A stretch of DNA of 64,000 bases, taken from the NCBI GenBank assembly GCA_963747235.1, contig CAVVEU010000024.1, forward strand, positions 480,001 to 544,000, given 5' to 3'. Below, piece by piece: positions 1-8,924 of the stretch (its first letter is position 1; each line of letters starts with the position of its first letter). The notes under the pieces are model-generated. The model saw only the letters and a program-made list of their open reading frames with translations, did no database searches and was not told the DNA's origin. The translations under genes and the position numbers were made by a program. This DNA comes from an uncultured Candidatus Rokubacteria bacterium. GTDB lineage: Bacteria > Methylomirabilota > Methylomirabilia > Rokubacteriales > CSP1-6.

Positions 1-2
1 TC

Positions 3-254
3 CGCGACACCGGCTACGACGCGCGCCTGGTGGTGGCGGAGACGGTGCGCGCCTTCCGGGAGGGCGGGGTCGAGGCGGAGGTCATCGTGGGGAGCATCCG
101 GCATCTCTACGACGTGAACGAAGCGTTCTCCGCGGGAGCGCACATCGTCACGGTCCCGTCCAAGTTTCTGCCCCAGCTCACCCAGCATCCCAAGACCACC
201 GAGGCGGTCAACCAGTTCCTGTCCGACTTCCGCCGCTGGAGCGACCCGGCCTAG
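3..254 (+). CDS. Transaldolase/fructose-6-phosphate aldolase family protein (3' part, truncated by window edge)
   Basis: Frame is open from base 3 (RDTGYDARLVV...). The C-terminus 'VIVGSIRH..DV.EAF.AGAHIVTVP...L.QHPKT.EAV.QFL.D' is typical of Tal/FSA. Confidence 0.85.
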   Translation, partial: RDTGYDARLVVAETVRAFREGGVEAEVIVGSIRHLYDVNEAFSAGAHIVTVPSKFLPQLTQHPKTTEAVNQFLSDFRRWSDPA

Positions 255-270
255 GCTCGTCGCCGCCCGC

Positions 271-810
271 GTGAAGGGACTTCTCCTCGCCCTCGCGTGC
301 TCCGCCGCCACCGCGCTCGGGGTCACGCTGCTGTTCGCGTGCCGGGACGTCGCGCGGCGGGCGGCCGCGATGTGCGGCGTGTTCCTCGTCACCGCCCTCG
401 TCTACCCGGTGGCGTACGGCCTGACTCCGCCCGACCTCGGCGTCCTGCCGGCGTGGCTCGTCGAGCCACGGACCTGGCTCGATGGCGCGTTCGGCCTGAC
501 TGTGCACGCGGCGCTGTTCTTCGGCGGTTGGCTGCAGGTCTACAACCTGGCCGAGCGCGGCTTCTCGCTGCGCATCCTGATCGATATCACGGAAGCGCCG
601 GCGCCCGTGCTCACCGGCGATGAGGTGGCGGCGCGCTACGGGGGCGGCCGCGGCGCGGCCTGGATGCGAGAGAAGCGGATCGATGGGCTGGTGGAGACCG
701 GCCTGGCTGCGTGGCGCGACGGTCGGCTCCGGGCCACTCCCAAGGGCCGGCGCACCGCGCGGTTTTTCGGCCGGCTCAGGGCCGCGCTGCGAATCGACAC
801 CCGCCAGTGA
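271..810 (+). CDS. Hypothetical membrane protein with C-terminal winged-helix-like segment
   Basis: Three hydrophobic helices followed by 'RGFSLRILIDI...EVAARY...KRIDGLVETGLA...RLRATPKGRRTARFF'. TGA overlaps the ATG of the next gene. Confidence 0.7.
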   Translation: MKGLLLALACSAATALGVTLLFACRDVARRAAAMCGVFLVTALVYPVAYGLTPPDLGVLPAWLVEPRTWLDGAFGLTVHAALFFGGWLQVYNLAERGFSLRILIDITEAPAPVLTGDEVAARYGGGRGAAWMREKRIDGLVETGLAAWRDGRLRATPKGRRTARFFGRLRAALRIDTRQ

Positions 811-1304
811 TGCGCGATCCGCTCACGCTGGCGCTGGGGTCCGCCCTCGCGTGGATCACGGCCGCGCTCATCGCCCACCTCGTGGTGTTCCGCCTCGTCC
901 GGATCGAGCGGCGCGCGCGGACCCTGGTCGCTCTGTTCGGCGCGGCGGCGGTCGGGCATCTGGCGACGGTCCTCGGCTCGCTGGACGGCTGGCGGGCGGG
1001 CTACGGGCTGCTGCTGATCGGCTGCGCGTTCATCTGCTACATGCCATTCTTCTACACGGTCGCGGCTTCTCAGTCGGTGCAGATGCTCATCGCGCTGGAG
1101 GCGGCCCACGACGGGCTTTCCGTGGACGAATTGCGCCGGATGTACGCGGTCGAGGCGGTGTTCGCGGGCCGTCTCGAGACGCTCGTGGGCGCGGGCTACC
1201 TCCAGAGGACGGTGGGGGGGTACGCGCTGGCCCCCAAGGGGCGTCTGGTCGCCCGGTGCTTCCAAGTGGTGAAAACCGTGTGGAATTTGGGCCCGGGCGG
1301 GTAG
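810..1304 (+). CDS. Hypothetical membrane protein with C-terminal winged-helix-like segment (same architecture as upstream gene)
   Basis: ATG at 810 overlaps the upstream stop. TM helices are followed by 'SQSVQMLIAL...ELRRMY...RLETLVGAGYL...YALAPKGRLVARCF'. Confidence 0.7.
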   Translation: MRDPLTLALGSALAWITAALIAHLVVFRLVRIERRARTLVALFGAAAVGHLATVLGSLDGWRAGYGLLLIGCAFICYMPFFYTVAASQSVQMLIALEAAHDGLSVDELRRMYAVEAVFAGRLETLVGAGYLQRTVGGYALAPKGRLVARCFQVVKTVWNLGPGG

Positions 1305-1342
1305 GAGAATCAGTAGGTGGCAATTTTTTCACCGTGGTGAGT

Positions 1343-1348
1343 TAAGCT
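1343..1348 (+). promoter_or_regulatory. Putative -10 element (TAAGCT) 6 nt before ATG 1355; leaderless-type start
   Basis: AT-rich spacer, TANNNT hexamer, no Shine-Dalgarno before the ATG. Confidence 0.45.
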
Positions 1349-1354
1349 TTTTTC

Positions 1355-2890
1355 ATGCCCCCGCGGACCTTCGAAGACAAGATCAAGACGCTCCCCGAGC
1401 TGGTCGCGATCTGCGACGAGCTGCGCGCGGCGGGCCAGAAAGTCGCGCAGTGCCACGGCGTCTTCGACCTGGTCCACCCGGGGCACGTCCGCCACTTCGA
1501 GGCGGCGCGGGCGGAGGGCGACCTGCTGGTCGTGACCATCACGCCCGACCGCTTCGTGAACAAGGGGCCTGGGCGCCCGGTCTTCAACCAGCGCCTGCGC
1601 GCGGAGACGGTGGCGGCCCTCGGCTGCGTGCGGTACGTGGCGGTCACCGAATCACCCTCCGCGGAGGACGTGATCCGCCAGATCCGCCCCGCGGTGTACG
1701 TGAAGGGGAGCGACTACCTCGACGCGAAGGACGACCTCACCGGCAAGATCCTCGACGAGCGTCGCGCCGTCGAGGACGGGGGCGGCCGCATCCATTTCAC
1801 CACCGAGATCGCGTTCAGCTCGAGCAACCTGCTCAACCTGCACTTCGACGTGTACCCGGAGGAGGCCCAGGACTTCCTCCGCGATTTCCGCCAGCGACAC
1901 TCCGCGGACGAGGTGATCGGCCTCCTGAAGAACCTGAAGGATCTGAAGGTCCTGGTCGTCGGCGAGGCGATCATCGACGAGTACCACTACGTGCAGTCGA
2001 TGCAGAAGTCCCCCAAGGAGCTGCTGGTCGCCACCCGCCACCTGCGGGAGGAGCACTTCGCGGGCGGCATCCTCGCCTGCGCCAACCACGTGGCCGGGTT
2101 CTGCGGGCAGGTGGACGTGGTGTCGGTGCTCGGGGCCAAGGATTCGCGCGAGAGCTTCATCCGGCGGAGCCTGAAGCCGAACGTGACCCCGCAGTTCTTC
2201 TATCACCCGGACGCGGGCACGATCGTCAAGCGCCGGTACGTCGAGCAGGCGTTCCTGAACAAGATGTTCGAGGTGTCGTTCCTGGACGACGGCGAGCTGC
2301 CGACCGAGGTGTCACGGCAGGTCGAGCGCTATCTGGCCCGGATGCTCGCCGACTACGACGTGGTCATCGTCGCCGACTACGGCCACGGCTTCCTCGGTCG
2401 CGATCTGATCCAGCTCCTGTGCTCCGAGTCGCGCTTCCTGGCCTTGAACGTCCAGACCAACAGCGCCAACCTCGGCTACAACCTCGTCACCAAGTATCCG
2501 CGCGCCCACTACGTGTGCATCGACGAGCCGGAGGTCCGGCTGGCCGCCCACGATCGCCGGAGCAACCTCGAGGAGATCATCCGGCGGCTCGCCAAGGACA
2601 TGTCGTGCCCTCGCGTGTCGATCACCCGCGGCCACAAGGGGAGCGTGGTGTACGCGGAGGGCGAGGGGTTCTCGCACGCCCCGGTGCTCTCCCGCGAGAT
2701 CGTGGACCGCATCGGCGCGGGTGACGCGTACCTGTCGATCACCGCCCCGTGCACCGCCGCGGGCTACTCGCCGGAGGTCGTTGGATTCATCGGGAACGTC
2801 GCGGGGGCGCTCGCGGTGCGCATCGTCGGCAACCGCACGCCCGTCGAGCCGGTGCCGCTCTACAAGTTCGTCTCCGCCCTCCTGCAATGA
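1355..2890 (+). CDS. Bifunctional sugar-phosphate nucleotidyltransferase / PfkB kinase (HldE/RfaE-like, domains in reverse order)
   Basis: N-terminal 'HGVFDLVHPGHVRHF...KGPGRPVFN' cytidylyltransferase-like domain. C-terminal PfkB signature 'VDRIGAGDAY'. Confidence 0.88.
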   Translation: MPPRTFEDKIKTLPELVAICDELRAAGQKVAQCHGVFDLVHPGHVRHFEAARAEGDLLVVTITPDRFVNKGPGRPVFNQRLRAETVAALGCVRYVAVTESPSAEDVIRQIRPAVYVKGSDYLDAKDDLTGKILDERRAVEDGGGRIHFTTEIAFSSSNLLNLHFDVYPEEAQDFLRDFRQRHSADEVIGLLKNLKDLKVLVVGEAIIDEYHYVQSMQKSPKELLVATRHLREEHFAGGILACANHVAGFCGQVDVVSVLGAKDSRESFIRRSLKPNVTPQFFYHPDAGTIVKRRYVEQAFLNKMFEVSFLDDGELPTEVSRQVERYLARMLADYDVVIVADYGHGFLGRDLIQLLCSESRFLALNVQTNSANLGYNLVTKYPRAHYVCIDEPEVRLAAHDRRSNLEEIIRRLAKDMSCPRVSITRGHKGSVVYAEGEGFSHAPVLSREIVDRIGAGDAYLSITAPCTAAGYSPEVVGFIGNVAGALAVRIVGNRTPVEPVPLYKFVSALLQ

Positions 2891-3453
2891 CCCCCAAGTT
2901 CCTCGTCGAGCTCGGCGAGATGCAGTCGCGGATCGAGGCGTCCGATCACGCGGGCACCGTCCTCTCCTGCTCGGACGCGATGGACCGCGCGGTCGCGCTG
3001 GTGCGGGGCCAGACCGCGGCGGGCCGGAAGGTCATCTTCGTCGGCAACGGCGGGAGCGCGGCGATCGCGAGCCACCAGGCGGTGGACTACTGGAAGAACG
3101 GCGGCATGCGCGCGGTGTCCTTCAACGACGGCGCGCTCCTGACCTGCGTGGGCAACGACTTCGGCTACGCCCACGTGTTCGAGAAGCCGATCGAGATGTT
3201 CGCCGATCCCGGCGACGTGCTGATCGCGATCTCGAGCTCCGGCCGGTCCGAGAACATCCTGCGAGCCGCGGCCGCCGGCGCGCGGGCCCGCTGCCGCGTC
3301 ATCACGCTCTCCGGCTTCGGGGTCGACAACCCGCTCCGCCGCCTGGGCGAGCTGAACTTCTACCTGCCTTCGGACTCCTACGGGTACGTGGAGATCACCC
3401 ACCTGGCGATCTGCCACTGCATCCTCGACACGATCATCGCCGCTCGCGGTTGA
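2887..3453 (+). CDS. SIS-domain phosphoheptose isomerase (GmhA-like)
   Basis: ATGA overlap at 2887. Motifs 'GNGGSAAIASH', 'GNDFGY..VF', 'DVLIAISSSGRSENI', 'EITHLAICH'. Confidence 0.88.
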   Translation: MTPKFLVELGEMQSRIEASDHAGTVLSCSDAMDRAVALVRGQTAAGRKVIFVGNGGSAAIASHQAVDYWKNGGMRAVSFNDGALLTCVGNDFGYAHVFEKPIEMFADPGDVLIAISSSGRSENILRAAAAGARARCRVITLSGFGVDNPLRRLGELNFYLPSDSYGYVEITHLAICHCILDTIIAARG

Positions 3454-3592
3454 ACCCGGTGTTCCGGGGCTGGGCCTGCCTCTTGCATGCATGTTCTGCG
3501 CTGGAAGTGCGTCTGTCCGATCTCCGGGTCGGATCCGGGGGCTCAGGCCCGGCGCCGGGGGCGGCGGCTAACTCAATAAAGGACTGATACTT

Positions 3593-4591
3593 ATGAGCAA
3601 ATTGCATGTCCTGGTGACGGGTGGGGCCGGCTACGTCGGGGCCGTGCTGGTGCCCAAGCTGCTGGCCCAGGGCCATCGGGTCACGGTCCTCGATCTCTAC
3701 ATTTTCGGCGACCAGGTGCTCAAGGCTGTCAGTGGGCACCCGGGCCTCCGGGAGGTCAAGGGAGACATCCGCGATCGGCGGCTCCTCGAGCGCGAGCTCA
3801 CCGGCGTCGATGCGGTCATCCACCTCGCCTGCATCTCGAACGATCCGAGCTTCGAGCTGAACCCGGAGCTGGGCAAGTCGATCAACTACGACGCGTTCCT
3901 GCCCCTCGTGGAGATCGCGAAGGACAAGGGCGTGCGGCGGTTCATCTACGCCTCGTCGTCGAGCGTGTACGGCATCAAGGACGAGGAGAACGTCACCGAG
4001 GATCTGCCGCTCCAGCCGCTGACCGACTACTCGAAGTACAAGGCCCTCTGCGAGGAGGTGCTCCTGAAGGCGCAGGCTCCGGGGTTCACGAGCCTGATCC
4101 TGCGGCCGGCCACCGTGTGCGGGTACTCCCCGCGGCTGCGGCTCGACCTGGCGGTCAACATCCTCACCAATCTCGCGGTGAACACCGGGCGCATCACCGT
4201 GTTCGGGGGCGCCCAGAAGCGGCCCAACATCCACATCGAGGACGTGACCGATCTCTACGTGCGGTCGCTCGAGTGGCCCGAGGAGAGCATCGACGGCCAG
4301 ATCTTCAACGCGGGCTACGAGAACCACACCGTGTCCCAGCTCGCCGACATGGTGGCCGGGAGTCGTGGGCCGCGAGAAGGTGGACATCGTGACCACGCCC
4401 ACCGACGACCACCGCTCGTACCACATCTCGTCGGAGCGCATCAAGCGGATGCTGGGATTCGAGCCGAGCCACAGCGTCGAGGAAGCGGTGCGCGACCTCT
4501 CGCGCCGCCTACGGCCAGGGATGCGATCCCCAATTCGATGACCGACAAGCGGTACTACAACATCAAGACCATGTTGGAGGTGAAGCTCTAG
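3593..4591 (+). CDS. NAD-dependent nucleotide-sugar epimerase/dehydratase (extended SDR); two compensating indels ~4360 and ~4500
   Basis: 'VLVTGGAGYVG', 'YASSSSVYG', 'YSKYK' (YxxxK). An alternate frame restores 'TTPTDDHRSYHISSERIKRMLGFEP'. Confidence 0.88.
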   Translation: MSKLHVLVTGGAGYVGAVLVPKLLAQGHRVTVLDLYIFGDQVLKAVSGHPGLREVKGDIRDRRLLERELTGVDAVIHLACISNDPSFELNPELGKSINYDAFLPLVEIAKDKGVRRFIYASSSSVYGIKDEENVTEDLPLQPLTDYSKYKALCEEVLLKAQAPGFTSLILRPATVCGYSPRLRLDLAVNILTNLAVNTGRITVFGGAQKRPNIHIEDVTDLYVRSLEWPEESIDGQIFNAGYENHTVSQLADMVAGSRGPREGGHRDHAHRRPPLVPHLVGAHQADAGIRAEPQRRGSGARPLAPPTARDAIPNSMTDKRYYNIKTMLEVKL

Positions 4592-4592
4592 C

Positions 4593-5717
4593 ATGCACGT
4601 TCCCTATTCGTACCTGCGCGACCAGTTCGCCGACTCCGAGCCCATCCTCCGCGACATCAAGGGGCTGCTCGAATCCACCCAGTTCACGCTGGGTCCGCCG
4701 GTGGCCGAGTTCGAGGGGCGCTTCGCGCGCCTCTGCGGGGCGCGGCACGCGATCGGGGTGGGCACCGGCACCGACGCGCTCTCGCTCTCGCTCAAGGCGC
4801 TCGGAGTCGGGCCGGGCGACGAGGTGATCACCGCCGCGAACACCTTCATCGCCACCGCGGGCGCCATCGTCCAGGCGGGCGCCCGGCCGGTGTTCGTGGA
4901 CGTGCTCGACGACTTCAACCTCGATCCGGGGAAGATCGAGGCGGCCATCACCCCCCGGACGCGGGCGCTGCTGCCCGTGCACTACGCAGGCCAGCCCGCC
5001 AAGATGGGTCCGATCCTCGAGATCGCGCAGCGCCGCGGGCTGCCGGTGGTCGAGGACGCCTGCCAGGCCATCAGCGCGGCCATCGACGGTCGGCTCGTGA
5101 GCAACTTCGGCGTGGCGGCCGGCTTCAGCCTGCACCCGCTCAAGAACCTCAACGTCTGGGGTGACGGAGGGGTGATCGTCACCAACTCCGCCGAGCTGGA
5201 CGCGAAGCTCCGGCTCCTGCGCAACCACGGCCTCGTGAATCGCGACGAGGTGGAGATCTTCGGGCACAACTGCCGGCTCGACACGCTGCAGGCGATCGTG
5301 GGCAACCACCTGATCGGCGACACCGAGGCGATCACCGCCGCCCGCATCAAGAACGCCCTCGCGCTCGACGCGGGGCTTCGGCCGCTGGCGCCGCGGGTGC
5401 GGGTGCCCGCGCGGCTGCCCAGCGAGCGGCACGTCTTCCACCTCTACATGTTCGAGGCGGACGATCGCGACGGGCTCCTCGCCTGGCTGCAGCAGAAGGA
5501 GATCGAGGCGAAGATCCACTATCCGGTCCCGCTCCACCTGCAGCCGGCGAGCCGGCGCCTCGGCTACAAGGAGGGCGACTTCCCGGTGGCGGAGCGGCAG
5601 GCCAAGCGGATCATCACGCTCCCGGTCCACCAGCACCTCCGCGCCGACCAGGTGAAACACATGATCGATTCCATCGCCGAGTTCTACGCCGATGAGCGCT
5701 TGCGCGAAGAGCCTTAG
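4593..5717 (+). CDS. DegT/DnrJ/EryC1/StrS PLP-dependent sugar aminotransferase
   Basis: 'GDEVIT..NTFIATAGAI', 'VEDACQA', 'FSLHPLKNL..WGDGG' (PLP lysine), 'NCRLDTLQA'. Confidence 0.92.
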   Translation: MHVPYSYLRDQFADSEPILRDIKGLLESTQFTLGPPVAEFEGRFARLCGARHAIGVGTGTDALSLSLKALGVGPGDEVITAANTFIATAGAIVQAGARPVFVDVLDDFNLDPGKIEAAITPRTRALLPVHYAGQPAKMGPILEIAQRRGLPVVEDACQAISAAIDGRLVSNFGVAAGFSLHPLKNLNVWGDGGVIVTNSAELDAKLRLLRNHGLVNRDEVEIFGHNCRLDTLQAIVGNHLIGDTEAITAARIKNALALDAGLRPLAPRVRVPARLPSERHVFHLYMFEADDRDGLLAWLQQKEIEAKIHYPVPLHLQPASRRLGYKEGDFPVAERQAKRIITLPVHQHLRADQVKHMIDSIAEFYADERLREEP

Positions 5718-6830
5718 ATGAAACACGCCATGCACGTGAAGTACATGGATCTGCCGCGCCAGTTCGAGGACGGAACGATCGTCGCGCGGGTGGTGGACGA
5801 GTTCAAGCGGTGCCAGTTCGTCCTCGGGCCCCAGGTGGCCGAGTTCGAGCGGCGGTTCGCCCGGGTGTGCGGGGCGGCGCACGCGCTCGGCCTGAACTCG
5901 GGAACCGACGCGCTGTTCCTCGCCCTCCGGGCCCTCGGCGTGGGGGCCGGCGACGAGGTGATCACCGCGCCCAACAGCTTCGTGGCGACCGCGGGCGCCA
6001 TCGTGATGACCGGCGCGACACCGGTCTTCGTGGACGTCAATGCCGAGTACCTCATGGATCCCGCTCGTCTCGAGGACGCGATCACCCCGCGCACGCGCGC
6101 GGTGATCCCGGTGCATCTCAACGGCAACCCGGTCGACATGCGTGCGCTCGGCGTGGTCGCGACGCGGCACGGGCTGCACGTCATCGAGGACTGCGCCCAG
6201 GCGGTGGGGGCGCTGGTGGACGGCAAGGTGACGGGCTCCATCGGCGTCGCGGGAGCGTTCAGCCTGTTCCCGCTGAAGAATCTCGGGGTGGCCGGGGACG
6301 GGGGCATGCTCACCACCAATTCGGCCGAGCTCGCCGAGCGCGTGCGCCTGCTGCGCCACCACGGCCTGCGCAACCGGGACGAGTGCGAGACCTGGGGCTA
6401 TAACAGCCGACTCGACACGATCCAGGCCATCGTGGGCGACGCGGTGCTCGACACGCTCGAGCGCCTGACCGACGCGCGGATCAAGCACGCCGCGTTCTAC
6501 GACGCGGCGCTGGCCGATCTGGCCCCGGACGTGGTCGTGCCGCCCCGCCGCGACGGAGTGCGGCAGGTCTTCCACCTCTACGTGGTGCAGGCGGAGTCGC
6601 GCGACCGGCTGCGCGAGTTCCTCGAGGCGCGCGGGGTGGAGACCAAGATCCACTACCCGATCCCGATCCATCTCCAGAAGGCGGCTCGGGGCCTCGGCTA
6701 CAAGCGCGGCGCGTTCCCGGTCTGCGAGGCGCAGAGCGAGCGGATCGTCTCGCTGCCGGTGCACGAGTACCTGACCGAGGACGAGCAGGGGTACGTGGTC
6801 GAGCGTATCCGGGAGTTCTACGGGCGATGA
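5718..6830 (+). CDS. DegT/DnrJ/EryC1/StrS PLP-dependent sugar aminotransferase (tandem paralog)
   Basis: 'NSGTDAL', 'IEDCAQA', 'FSLFPLKNL..AGDGG', 'YNSRLDTIQA'. Confidence 0.92.
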   Translation: MKHAMHVKYMDLPRQFEDGTIVARVVDEFKRCQFVLGPQVAEFERRFARVCGAAHALGLNSGTDALFLALRALGVGAGDEVITAPNSFVATAGAIVMTGATPVFVDVNAEYLMDPARLEDAITPRTRAVIPVHLNGNPVDMRALGVVATRHGLHVIEDCAQAVGALVDGKVTGSIGVAGAFSLFPLKNLGVAGDGGMLTTNSAELAERVRLLRHHGLRNRDECETWGYNSRLDTIQAIVGDAVLDTLERLTDARIKHAAFYDAALADLAPDVVVPPRRDGVRQVFHLYVVQAESRDRLREFLEARGVETKIHYPIPIHLQKAARGLGYKRGAFPVCEAQSERIVSLPVHEYLTEDEQGYVVERIREFYGR

Positions 6831-7868
6831 GCCGCGCGACGACGACGAAGCGAGCCGCGCGCCGGCGCCCCGCGGCACCGCGCAAGATCGACGCCGGGCT
6901 CCGCGGCCTGGCTCCCGCGCTCCTGGTGGACCTCTACGTGACGATGCGGCGCATCCGGCGGGCCGAGGAGACGATCGCGGCCCTCTATCCCGAGCAGGAG
7001 ATCCGCTGCCCGACCCATCTCTCGATCGGCCAGGAAGCGGGCGCGACCGGTGTCTGCCTCGCCCTGCGCCTGGCCGACACCGCGGTGAGCACGCATCGCT
7101 GCCACGCCCACTACATCGCCAAGGGCGGCGAGCTGCGCGCCATGTTCGCCGAGCTGTACGGGCGCGCCACCGGGTGCTGCGGGGGCAAGGGCGGCTCCAT
7201 GCATCTCACCGCTCCCGAGGTGGGCATGCTGGGGGCGTCCGCGATCGTGGCGGGATCGGTGCCGCTCGCGCTCGGCATCGCGCTGGCCGCGCGGATGGCG
7301 GGCACCGACGAGGTGGCGGTCGCCTTCTTCGGCGACGCCGCGATGGAGCAGGGGGTGACGCACGAGAGCCTGGCGCTGGCGGCCCTGCGGCGCCTTCCGG
7401 TCCTCTTCGTGTGCGAGAACAATCTCTACGCGACCAGCACCCCGCTCCGGACGCGGCAGGCGGGCAGCGACTTGGCCGTCCGCGCGGCGGGCCACTGGCT
7501 GCCGGGCAGTCACGGTGGACGGCAATGACGTGGTCGCGGTATACCGGGCGGCCCGGACCGCGGTGGAACGGGCGCGGCGCGGGCAGGGCCCCACCCTGAT
7601 CGAGGTGAAGACCTATCGGTTCCGCGAGCACGTGGGCCCGAACTACGATATCGATCAGGGCTACCGCACCCAGGCCGAGCTGGACCGCTGGATGGCGCGG
7701 GATCCGGTGGGCGGCCTGGCGCGACGCCTCGAGCGCGCGGGGCTGCTTCCGGCCGCGCGGCGGGCCGTGCTCGACGCCCAGATCGAGGCCGAGGTCGCGG
7801 ACGCGGTCGCCTTCGCCAAGTCGAGCCCATTCCCCGAGCCGGCCGCGCTGTTCGCGGACGTGGACTAG
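6827..7868 (+). CDS. TPP-dependent dehydrogenase E1 alpha-like subunit (indel ~7497)
   Basis: 'HLSIGQEA', 'THRCHAH', 'GKGGSMH', 'FFGDAA.EQG...CENNLYA'. Continues in a second frame as 'VDGNDVVAV...GPTLIEVKTYRFREH'. Confidence 0.88.
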
Positions 7869-7882
7869 GGAGAGTCATCCGC

Positions 7883-8923
7883 ATGCGCCAGCTCAAGTAC
7901 CGCGAAGCGATCGACGAAGCGACGCGCCAGGCCATGGCCAAGGACGAGCGGATCTTCGTCATGGGTGTGGGCGTGGACGACCCGAAGGGCATCTTCGGCA
8001 CCACGCGCGGGGCGTTCGAGCAGTTCGGGCCGACCCGCGTGTTCGACACCCCGCTGTCGGAGGCGGCGCTGACCGGCATGGGGGTCGGGGCGGCGATGCG
8101 CGGGTTCCACCCGCTCCTCGTCCACGCCCGCAACGACTTCCTGCTGCTGACGATGGACCAGATCGTGAACAACGCGGCCAAGTGGCGCTACATGTCCGGC
8201 GGCAAGCTCAAGGTGCCGCTCACCATCCGCGCCATCATCGGCCGGGGCTGGGGCCAGGCGGCGCAGCACTCGCAGAGCCTGCAGGCCATGTTCGCGCACG
8301 TGCCCGGCCTGACCGTGATCATGCCCACGACGCCCGCGGACGCCAAGGGACTGCTCATGACCGCGCTCAGCAGCGACAGCCCGGTCATCTGTCTCGAGCA
8401 CCGGTGGCTCTACGACAAGAGCGGCCCGGTGCCGGAGGATCCGTACTACACCCCGTTCGGGGTGGGCTCGGTGGTGCGGCCGGGGCGGGACGTCACGATC
8501 GTGGCCGTCTCGCACATGGTGCTGGAGGCGCTGCAGGCGGCCGAGGCGCTCGCCGCCGAGGGTATCGAGGCCGAGGTGATCGACCCCCGGACCCTCCGGC
8601 CGCTGGACTCCGGGCTGATCTGCCGCTCCGCGGCCAGGACCGGGCGCCTGGTCATCGCGGACACCGGCTGGCGCAGCTACGGGGTCAGCGCGGAGATCGC
8701 GGCGCGTGCGGCCGAGGAGCTGTGGGGGGTGCTGAAGGCGCCCATCAAGCGGGTCGCGCTCCCCGACGTGCCCACGCCGGGCAGCTCGGTCCTCGAGGCG
8801 GCGTACTATCCGGGAACCCGCGAGATCGTCGCCGCGGTGAAGCAGTGCCTGCAGGCCCCGGCGGGCGCCAGCGCGGACGGAGCCATGCCGAGCAGCCGGA
8901 AAGAATTCGAGGGGCCATTCTGA
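7883..8923 (+). CDS. TPP-dependent dehydrogenase E1 beta / transketolase C-terminal-like subunit
   Basis: 'RVFDTPLSEAALTG..VGAA', 'QAAQHSQSL', 'GRDVTIVA', 'EVIDPRTLRPLD'. Confidence 0.9.
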   Translation: MRQLKYREAIDEATRQAMAKDERIFVMGVGVDDPKGIFGTTRGAFEQFGPTRVFDTPLSEAALTGMGVGAAMRGFHPLLVHARNDFLLLTMDQIVNNAAKWRYMSGGKLKVPLTIRAIIGRGWGQAAQHSQSLQAMFAHVPGLTVIMPTTPADAKGLLMTALSSDSPVICLEHRWLYDKSGPVPEDPYYTPFGVGSVVRPGRDVTIVAVSHMVLEALQAAEALAAEGIEAEVIDPRTLRPLDSGLICRSAARTGRLVIADTGWRSYGVSAEIAARAAEELWGVLKAPIKRVALPDVPTPGSSVLEAAYYPGTREIVAAVKQCLQAPAGASADGAMPSSRKEFEGPF

Positions 8924-8924
8924 C

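Noticed and set aside
6827-8923. Housekeeping pyruvate dehydrogenase (pdhAB)
   Set aside because: There are no adjacent E2/E3 genes and the pair is embedded in a sugar cluster, so gene symbols were withheld.
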